DNA from: Escherichia phage vB_EcoM_VR25
Length of the DNA: 64,000 bases
Direction: 5' to 3' (one strand)
Sequence record: NC_028925.1
This document shows positions 17,531 through 24,370 of the stretch, in pieces (positions within the stretch are counted from its first letter, which is position 1; every line of letters starts with the position of its first letter). Below the pieces are notes generated by a model. The model made no database searches. It was not told where the DNA came from and saw only the letters and a program-made list of their open reading frames with translations. Both the position numbers and the translations under genes were made by a program.

Positions 17531-17890
17531 TTAACCTCGTTTCATGAAGGCATTAAAAATCTGGTCGTCAATAGCAATAGACGATTCTTGAGCTTTGGCC
17601 CAAACCCCTTCCAGAATGTCATTCGCTTCAGTAGATATCATGACCCCAATTTCAGGATTTCCAGTTATCCAGATTGCGCAATCGCGCACATTCTTTTTAT
17701 CAAATGGATATCCACGAGTATCTTCATAAGGTCCATCCATTACCATAAATGAACGAGCCTTTATGATAAAATCATCTTTAACGATAATATAACCAATCGC
17801 CTGATTAAACCGAGGCTCACGAAATTCATAACGAGCATTACCATCATTATTGCTGACCAGTTCAAAATCCAGAAAATTATAATAACTCAT
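17531..17890 (-). CDS. hypothetical protein, 119 aa, C-terminal DDQIFNAFMKRG
   Basis: C-terminus and its 3' nucleotide sequence repeated in the next gene. Confidence 0.5.
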   Translation of the reverse strand: MSYYNFLDFELVSNNDGNARYEFREPRFNQAIGYIIVKDDFIIKARSFMVMDGPYEDTRGYPFDKKNVRDCAIWITGNPEIGVMISTEANDILEGVWAKAQESSIAIDDQIFNAFMKRG

Positions 17891-17891
17891 A

Positions 17892-18329
17892 TTAATCTCG
17901 CTTCATAAAGGCATTAAAAATTTGGTCGTCAACTGAATAAACAGGATTTTCCAGAATTTTCAAAAGACTGTTTTTGATGTACTTGCTAGGGATACTTGCA
18001 TTAATAACATCATCAACTAATTCGCTGTTGTGATTAATATTGTTGAATTCAAACCCTTCAAATGTTACTTTATGAGGAACACCCCCAGAAAACAGATGTG
18101 TCAATTCAATCATTGTATTACGCGTAAGCGGTTTGGTTACCATTTTAGGGAAATCTTTCCACTGATTTAATTCTTTGTTAAGAAGTTTATGAGCAAATAC
18201 AATTCTATCATCACTATCAACAAGAAAATAACCCAGATATTGAATCTCGTCGCTCCAAAACACCCTGTAGGCCTGTGCATTTGGATTTTTACAACGAAGT
18301 TTTTTGATAACCAAATTTCTGTTAATCAT
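17892..18329 (-). CDS. hypothetical protein, about 145 aa, C-terminal DDQIFNAFMKRD
   Basis: Start set at an internal ATG just after the sp stop; the longer track ORF overlaps sp. Confidence 0.5.
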   Translation of the reverse strand: MINRNLVIKKLRCKNPNAQAYRVFWSDEIQYLGYFLVDSDDRIVFAHKLLNKELNQWKDFPKMVTKPLTRNTMIELTHLFSGGVPHKVTFEGFEFNNINHNSELVDDVINASIPSKYIKNSLLKILENPVYSVDDQIFNAFMKRD

Positions 18330-18330
18330 T

Positions 18331-18624
18331 TTATTCACCTGTAACTTCTTTGACGATGTTTTCATTTTCAAAGTTAGGGTCACAATACAACACGTAATTA
18401 TACTGCATAACCCCACCAGATGCCAACTGGTCAGATACTTCTTTGACCTTGTTTGGTTGGTCACGTTTAGTGATGTTCATGATGTCCGCATAAATCTGGT
18501 GCTCAACTGCTTCCTGGTCAGCGGTCATTGACCACTCGCATAAGTCTTTATCATAACCAGCGGTAACTGGAGCTGCATGACATGAAGCGAGGACTAAGAT
18601 TGCTGCGATAGATAACTTTTTCAT
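18331..18624 (-). CDS. sp: Spackle periplasmic protein (Sp), 97 aa
   Basis: Signal peptide plus GYDKDLCEWSMTADQ ... GGVMQYNYVLYCD, matching T4 Sp by recall. Confidence 0.9.
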   Translation of the reverse strand: MKKLSIAAILVLASCHAAPVTAGYDKDLCEWSMTADQEAVEHQIYADIMNITKRDQPNKVKEVSDQLASGGVMQYNYVLYCDPNFENENIVKEVTGE

Positions 18625-18645
18625 TTGAATCTCCTTAGTAGTTGA

Positions 18646-18682
18646 TGGGATAATATTAAATCATTATTATCCCGTTGTACAC
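18646..18682 (-). promoter_or_regulatory. early-type promoter (-35 GTGTACA) with ATCCCATCAACTACT leader upstream of sp
   Basis: Read from the minus strand; conserved leader and AGGAG before the ATG. Confidence 0.45.
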
Positions 18683-18684
18683 AC

Positions 18685-18981
18685 TTATTTTACTTTAGCG
18701 TAATCTAAAGTCACTAACTGCGGTTCCATTGCCAATTGACGTTGACGACGGAGGACTGATGCACGGACATACACGCGAAATGCCTTTTTGCATTGGCGAA
18801 TCTGACGCTTAGTTGGGCGAACATCAAATTCATAGAATTCCACAAAGTCCATTTGTCCCTTGGTTTGTTGAGAAATAATAAGTTCCCAACGACTATTTAC
18901 GCGGTCTGCATAAAACTTGTGCTTACCAAAAGACTTGTCCCAAAAACCACTTTTTACGGGTTTCATAATTTGAATAATCAT
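18685..18981 (-). CDS. small basic protein with RPTKRQIRQCKKAFR motif, 98 aa
   Basis: Paralog of 17308-17529. Confidence 0.5.
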   Translation of the reverse strand: MIIQIMKPVKSGFWDKSFGKHKFYADRVNSRWELIISQQTKGQMDFVEFYEFDVRPTKRQIRQCKKAFRVYVRASVLRRQRQLAMEPQLVTLDYAKVK

Positions 18982-19310
18982 TTTTCACCTTCCACAGATT
19001 GACCAGTCATTTTGTAATATTCTTCGCGAGCATTATATAACGCAAATTCAATATCGCTGATGCAAATTTCTTCATTTTCCAGTTGAGATTCAACTGCCAG
19101 GATTAAACTACGTAGGGCTGCACCTTTACGTAAATCAATTTTATGATGACATTTTCCATTAACAAATGCTTCTACCTTGGCGTTGTGTGTATCCGCAGTT
19201 TTGTGTGCATACCAATGAATCCCAGCAGGATGTAATGACACTACACGATTATAAGCTGGAAAACCCAACGGGGTGATAACCAGAGTCACTTCAACTTTAT
19301 CAGTAATCAT
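18978..19310 (-). CDS. hypothetical protein, 110 aa
   Basis: ATGA-coupled ORF. Confidence 0.5.
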   Translation of the reverse strand: MITDKVEVTLVITPLGFPAYNRVVSLHPAGIHWYAHKTADTHNAKVEAFVNGKCHHKIDLRKGAALRSLILAVESQLENEEICISDIEFALYNAREEYYKMTGQSVEGEK

Positions 19311-19513
19311 TTTGTTTCCTCACTACGCCAATCTGATTCAAAAACTAGATTATCACCAACAAATGCTTTAACTAACGCATTATTAACTTCAGCAAATTGT
19401 GAAGTGACCCACTGGATTTGGTCTTTATCGGATACGTCCAGAGTCACTTCTTTAGTAAACATATTACCATTTTCAAACCAACCAATAAACATAACTTTGG
19501 CTAAATTTCCCAT
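19307..19513 (-). CDS. dmd: Dmd, discriminator of mRNA degradation (antitoxin against RnlA/LsoA), 68 aa
   Basis: KVMFIGWFENGNMFTKEVT ... EVNNALVKAF matches T4 Dmd by recall. Confidence 0.85.
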   Translation of the reverse strand: MGNLAKVMFIGWFENGNMFTKEVTLDVSDKDQIQWVTSQFAEVNNALVKAFVGDNLVFESDWRSEETK

Positions 19514-19804
19514 TTAGATTTCCTCACAAAAGGCCCATTCAGCGTGATAAACTGTTGCGCCAGGGGTTGCATTCATTTGAACCAAGTCTACAGGTGAAAT
19601 CACACGATATAGCTTAGGTTCTCCTCCAATTGAACGTGCTGCACGTCCAGCATAAATCTTCGCCAAACCAATGTCTTCAGTAAAGAAAACACGATTTAGA
19701 TTTTTCTTACGACCAGTTTCTGACAGGACTCCAGTTTCTTCTGGAGGACAAAGCATGTTATTGATATTTGCCAGACTGCATGACCCATGATAGAAAGTTT
19801 TCAT
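19514..19804 (-). CDS. hypothetical protein, 96 aa, N-terminal FYHGS motif
   Basis: Not present between dmd and 41 in T4 as recalled; own promoter and leader cassette upstream. Confidence 0.5.
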   Translation of the reverse strand: MKTFYHGSCSLANINNMLCPPEETGVLSETGRKKNLNRVFFTEDIGLAKIYAGRAARSIGGEPKLYRVISPVDLVQMNATPGATVYHAEWAFCEEI

Positions 19805-19828
19805 TTTATTCTCCAGTAGTTGATAGGG

Positions 19829-19860
19829 TCATTATACTATAAAGAAAAAGGGGTGTACAC
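19829..19860 (-). promoter_or_regulatory. early-type promoter whose -35 GTGTACA sits in the loop of hairpin ggggtgtacacccc (PeSL-like)
   Basis: -10 TATAAT and -35 read on the minus strand; palindrome 19850-19864 overlaps the -35. Confidence 0.5.
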
Positions 19861-19872
19861 CCCTTTTATCAC

Positions 19873-20175
19873 TTATGCCAACTCATAATTGTGCATTGTC
19901 AGACAACGAATTTTTCCAGTAGTTGGGTGCATAACAGTCACACTAATTGTGTAATCATCACACACGTTAACAAAAGGTTCCGCGATAACAAATACTTCAC
20001 CGCCTGCCAACAGATACTCACGAAGGCTTGAGCGAACCGCTGAAGGGTGAACATCGCTTTTGAGCTTTATTAATTTACCGGTTTGAATGCCAGATGCGAT
20101 AAGAGCAGCACAGGTTTCATCACGGCGAGCGAATTGTCCAAAGTAGTAACGATTCATGTCGGTTTGATTAAACAT
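19873..20175 (-). CDS. hypothetical protein, 100 aa
   Basis: ORF bounded by a promoter/terminator cassette upstream and a hairpin downstream. Confidence 0.5.
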   Translation of the reverse strand: MFNQTDMNRYYFGQFARRDETCAALIASGIQTGKLIKLKSDVHPSAVRSSLREYLLAGGEVFVIAEPFVNVCDDYTISVTVMHPTTGKIRCLTMHNYELA

Positions 20176-20225
20176 ATGGTTTTCCTTTTTAGTGGGTTGG
20201 TTTATTGTGTAACTCAGTATGGAAT

Positions 20226-20257
20226 CATTATGCCCTAGTAGAATTCAGTTGTACACC
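20226..20257 (-). promoter_or_regulatory. early-type promoter (-35 GTGTACA, -10 CATAAT) with CCATACTGAGTTA leader
   Basis: Read from sequence; same cassette as at about 10964, 47122 and 47720. Confidence 0.5.
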
Positions 20258-20276
20258 CTTTTTAAAATAAAAAAAA

Positions 20277-20290
20277 GGACCCGAAGGTCC
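20277..20290 (-). terminator. stem-loop ggacc-cgaa-ggtcc followed by T8 on the minus strand
   Basis: Perfect inverted repeat with UUCG loop and an 8-nt T-run; downstream of gene 41. Confidence 0.65.
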
Positions 20291-20293
20291 TTG

Positions 20294-21733
20294 TTAGAAT
20301 TTCATCTGCGCCGCAAGGTCGTCCAGGTCGCTCCTGTTGACCCTGGTTTGTCTATTCATTTCAGCCTGACGATTCATCTCACCAGTGGCTTCTTTCACCG
20401 TAGGGCCTTGTTTAGGAGTTGAATCATCATCAACCTCATACCAGCGCTGATTACCTTTCTTAACACCCATTTTGAATTTATTATAGTAGTTCTTATCACC
20501 ATAACGAGACTTAAGCTGTTTGATTAACTGCAGTCCCATTTGAGCGAATTCTTCGGTCTCAACAACACCCAACATAAAGTCGGCCGTGTGAGCAATACCA
20601 AAGGATTCTGCGATGTCAGCCATGTCAATCTCGGCTGCAACGTTCGCGCCCCTTGTTGTCTGTGCTGCAGTCCACAGGACCACATTTTTCTCGACCGCCA
20701 GACCACGAAGTTCTTCTGCAACCATCTTAATCAGACCGTAACTATTCTCGGTAAACGTTTTCAGTCTTGAGCTTGCACAAATTGCCAGGTAGTCAACAAT
20801 AATCACATCCGGCACAAATCCTTGCTTCAGTTTGTACTCGTTCAGTAATGCACGGAAGGTATCCGCATGCGCGCCCCCAGTTGGATATTGTTTTATCTTC
20901 AGAGTCCCGAGAGTCCCGGAAGCACGCCATTTTTCCATCTTACTTTTGTATTCTGCCCATGATATATGTCCTTCATCAATATCATCCAGAGATACATCAA
21001 GCAAGTTGGCATCAATACGTTTGGCACATACTTCTTCAGCCATTTCCATGCTTATATAAAGAACATTATGACCAGTCTGAAGATAGTCAGCGGCTAACGA
21101 ACAAAGTCCCAGAGATTTGCCGACGTTTGTTCCGGCCAGTAAAACGTTCTCTGTACCATACTCAACTCCACCCTTCGTGATTTTATTCAGGATGTTAATA
21201 CGGAACGGAACTTTCTTCGATTTGTTTAGATAAGTCTGGAATCGAGCTTCGTAATCGTTTAACCAGTCATGACCCAGAGCAGAGTCAAAACAGATAGACA
21301 ATGCATCGCGCATGATGTCAGGGATAGCACCAATATCCGGGATTCGTTTATCACGTTTATCTTTCGGAAGTTCGGCATTACTCTGAATTTCGATAATCCT
21401 GGATGTTGCATTGAACATCGCAGACTTCTGTACATACTTCTCGGTTTCTTTAACCAGCCATTCCTGGTCTTCTGGGGTATCAGCCAGGACTCCTAAGAGT
21501 TTCTTTGTGCCTTCATATTCAACTTCAGAAAGGTCAGAACCGTCGAGCGCGATATCAAGTGCAGTCTTAGTTGGAACTGCTTGATATTCTTTTACATGTT
21601 CGTTAATCGTATTGAAAAGGGTCTTCGCAGGACCCTTTTCAAAATATGTATTATTCAGATATGGCCAGACTTTAACAAAATATTCCTTGTTAAAGAGTAG
21701 CTGGGATAAAATAGTTTCTACCACTTCCACCAC
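20294..21733 (-). CDS. 41: replicative DNA helicase gp41 (DnaB family), 479 aa
   Basis: Walker A GTNVGKS and DnaB-like motifs; position between dmd side and gene 40. Confidence 0.9.
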   Translation of the reverse strand: MVEVVETILSQLLFNKEYFVKVWPYLNNTYFEKGPAKTLFNTINEHVKEYQAVPTKTALDIALDGSDLSEVEYEGTKKLLGVLADTPEDQEWLVKETEKYVQKSAMFNATSRIIEIQSNAELPKDKRDKRIPDIGAIPDIMRDALSICFDSALGHDWLNDYEARFQTYLNKSKKVPFRINILNKITKGGVEYGTENVLLAGTNVGKSLGLCSLAADYLQTGHNVLYISMEMAEEVCAKRIDANLLDVSLDDIDEGHISWAEYKSKMEKWRASGTLGTLKIKQYPTGGAHADTFRALLNEYKLKQGFVPDVIIVDYLAICASSRLKTFTENSYGLIKMVAEELRGLAVEKNVVLWTAAQTTRGANVAAEIDMADIAESFGIAHTADFMLGVVETEEFAQMGLQLIKQLKSRYGDKNYYNKFKMGVKKGNQRWYEVDDDSTPKQGPTVKEATGEMNRQAEMNRQTRVNRSDLDDLAAQMKF

Positions 21734-22062
21734 CTCTTTTTCATTTTAATCTTATCAATTTCATCTTGTATTTGCATTGTAACACACTTTTCTACATGCA
21801 CTGCAAGCTCCGCTTTGCGGTCTTCAGAAGGGGTGCCGAAATCAACTGAAACTTTTCCAGATGGTTCAATTTTAATTCCGGTTACGTACACAATGTGACT
21901 GGACCCATCGGGAAGTGATAACAGAATTTCCTGTCGTACAGTTCCCATGGATTGCCGGATAATCTCCAAACTTTTTTCGTAGTAAGGTACAGAAGGAGCC
22001 TTAGCTCCCTCCGCATCTTTCTCGAAATTATCTAAATCAGATAAATCGATATCATTCATCAA
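21718..22062 (-). CDS. 40: gp40 head vertex assembly protein, 114 aa
   Basis: Size and position between 41 and uvsX as in T4. Confidence 0.6.
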   Translation of the reverse strand: MMNDIDLSDLDNFEKDAEGAKAPSVPYYEKSLEIIRQSMGTVRQEILLSLPDGSSHIVYVTGIKIEPSGKVSVDFGTPSEDRKAELAVHVEKCVTMQIQDEIDKIKMKKRWWKW

Positions 22063-23230
22063 GGTCTTCCATCATATCTAAATCGTTTTCGATATCTGCC
22101 GCAGATGGTTTTGTCTTACCCACCGGAGCAGAGTATTTTTCAACCTTGGAGGCAATAAGCTCATCAACTTCGGCATCAACAACAGCATTGCTATCGATTG
22201 CACCCAGTTGGTAATGACGTTTGATTGCATCACGGAAAGGTTCGTGCTTGAACAGTGGGCCCCAGAATTCGGTGCAGTTAGTATCTTTGGCTCGCCATGA
22301 TTTTTCTTCGCGGACCATTTCACCGGTCTCAACATCAAGATATTCACGGTTATACCAACCAACTTTCGGCTTCACCACAAATCCGATTTCCATTGCCATA
22401 TCGAGCAGGCCAGAATACGGGTCAATACCACCATCGAATTTTACATCAATGAAGAATTTACTTTTCTCTTTGACCATGCGAGATTTTTCGGCGTTCAGAA
22501 CAAATTGGAAGCCTTCAAGTTCTTTACCAGTTTCTTTAATCTGGCGTTTGCCGATAATGAATACGGTATCCGCAGAATACATAACACCAGTACCACCGGT
22601 CATAACTGTTTTGCTATACATCTCAATCGTCTCGATTGTATGGTTAACCGCGACACAAGGGATATCCTTGATACTAAAGAACGGTGTTACAATACGGAAC
22701 AGAGATTTCAGGGATTTAGCACGAGTCATATCGCCGACGACTTTTTCGTTCAATGCATCTTCTGTTTCTTTTTTCGATGCCATGTTACCGATTGAGTCAA
22801 TAAAGATAATGACTTTTTCGCCACGCTCAATTGCTTCAAGCTGGTTAACCATATCAACTTTCAATTGTTCGACCGACTGGATTGGTGTGTGGATAACACG
22901 TTCCGGGTCTACTTTCATTGCACGAAGATATGCTTCTGTGATACCAAATTCTGAATCATAGAACAAACAGATTGCTTCGGGGTATTTGTTCATATATGCA
23001 GAGACCATCGTTAAACCCATATTGGATTTAAAGTGTTTTGACGGACCAGCAAAAATAGTCAAACCTGACTGCATACCACCATCTAGTGCACCGCTGATTG
23101 CAATGTTCAGCATAGGGATTTTTGTACGAACTACATCTTTATCATTAAAGAACTTGGACTTGGTAAGAGTCGCGGTCATTTTGGATGTAGAAGCTTTAAT
23201 CAAACGGGATTTCAAATCTGCAATAGACAT
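22052..23230 (-). CDS. uvsX: UvsX recombinase (RecA-like), 392 aa
   Basis: RecA-type fold sequence; size and position match T4 UvsX. Confidence 0.9.
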   Translation of the reverse strand: MSIADLKSRLIKASTSKMTATLTKSKFFNDKDVVRTKIPMLNIAISGALDGGMQSGLTIFAGPSKHFKSNMGLTMVSAYMNKYPEAICLFYDSEFGITEAYLRAMKVDPERVIHTPIQSVEQLKVDMVNQLEAIERGEKVIIFIDSIGNMASKKETEDALNEKVVGDMTRAKSLKSLFRIVTPFFSIKDIPCVAVNHTIETIEMYSKTVMTGGTGVMYSADTVFIIGKRQIKETGKELEGFQFVLNAEKSRMVKEKSKFFIDVKFDGGIDPYSGLLDMAMEIGFVVKPKVGWYNREYLDVETGEMVREEKSWRAKDTNCTEFWGPLFKHEPFRDAIKRHYQLGAIDSNAVVDAEVDELIASKVEKYSAPVGKTKPSAADIENDLDMMEDLDE

Positions 23231-23421
23231 TCATTTTTTCCATAGGCATCATCATATTTTTCTCACAGGTTTAAGATAGGATAATTATATCACTGTATTT
23301 TTAGAGCAATTAACTTAGTAAACGTTTCCACGTTTCCAGTTTTCTTCAGCCAAATACTTATTATGCTTTTCTAATAACAACAAACCAATTACTGTTACAA
23401 CAATCAGAAGTAATAATAACA

Positions 23422-23925
23422 TCAGTTAATACCTTGACGAGCTTTTTCTTTGGCAATACATTTGTTGATATAAGTCAGACGAGCTTTAGCAGAACGCTGA
23501 TACAATGCATTATACTCTTTTGCTTCTGGAGCGCCTGTCTCCATTGCACGATAAGCTTCTGCACGCATTACATTAATTTGCATACCAATATAAGCTGCGC
23601 ATGTTTCAGCGATGCGAGCAACCATATCCAGGTCATTCTGGCGCTTGGTTTCTGCTTCCAGTTTAGCGATTACTTCATCATGCTTCGCGGCTTGTTCGCG
23701 CTGATATTCAACTTCACGTTGAGCATAATTTGCACAGTTATTTCCACACTGACTATTGGCACGTTTGTAAATCAGACCAGTCCCGCCTTTAAAATCAAAG
23801 GAACCATTATAGCGGGCTTTATCCGCAGCAACACGAGCTTGTCCAACTTCATCAGCACGCACAACATCGCCTTGGTAAGCACAACCAGACAATAACAGAA
23901 CTGCAGCAATCGCTAACTTTTTCAT
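23422..23925 (-). CDS. putative lipoprotein, about 167 aa
   Basis: Start at an internal ATG with GAGGA Shine-Dalgarno; signal peptide with lipobox LSGC; occupies the slot where T4 has beta-gt and 42. Confidence 0.6.
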   Translation of the reverse strand: MKKLAIAAVLLLSGCAYQGDVVRADEVGQARVAADKARYNGSFDFKGGTGLIYKRANSQCGNNCANYAQREVEYQREQAAKHDEVIAKLEAETKRQNDLDMVARIAETCAAYIGMQINVMRAEAYRAMETGAPEAKEYNALYQRSAKARLTYINKCIAKEKARQGIN

Positions 23926-24072
23926 TGTATTTTCCTCAATTAAAACATTCAAACTTGATTTGTAAAATTAACATTATCCAAGCCAAAATAAGAGTTGGAA
24001 TCATTGGTGGAACTGTCACTGCAAAGTAAACAGTCATACCAACAAATATCAGTAAAAGTAAACTAGTTATAA

Positions 24073-24315
24073 TCATTGTTTCACCACAATAATTTGTGCG
24101 TTTGTTTTACGTTCAGCAACGATTGCCCAAATCAATGCAATTACCCAACCAATCATCGTCCAACCAAACAGAAGGTTGATGAAAAAGATTCCGACATTGC
24201 TTCGGGTGCCACGCAGTAATGCGATAATCCATGGTAAGAAATATCCGATGAACATAACGACAAGAGAACCAAAACCAAACACACCAGCACCTACGATTAA
24301 AGCTTCCATTTTCAT
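24073..24315 (-). CDS. imm: superinfection immunity protein Imm (membrane), about 80 aa
   Basis: Two hydrophobic helices with LLFGWTMIGWVIALIWAI signature; immediately upstream of gene 43 as in T4; start ambiguous between two nearby ATGs. Confidence 0.7.
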   Translation of the reverse strand: MKMEALIVGAGVFGFGSLVVMFIGYFLPWIIALLRGTRSNVGIFFINLLFGWTMIGWVIALIWAIVAERKTNAQIIVVKQ

Positions 24316-24370
24316 ATCCTCATTTAGTTGATGAAAGAATAATACGGCAATCCATTGCCGTTGTAAACAC

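Noticed and set aside
17892-18464. Long N-terminal extensions in track ORFs 17892-18464, 59724-60311, 5327-5848 and 55215-55730
   Set aside because: The extensions overlap the upstream gene or its promoter in another frame; internal ATGs with Shine-Dalgarno sequences or ATGA/TAATG coupling give lengths matching the T4 homologs (NudE about 153 aa, RegB about 152 aa)
22221-22961. 246-aa plus-strand ORF
   Set aside because: Lies entirely antisense within the well-supported uvsX gene; low-complexity Ser/Ile-rich translation and no ribosome-binding site; treated as a chance ORF
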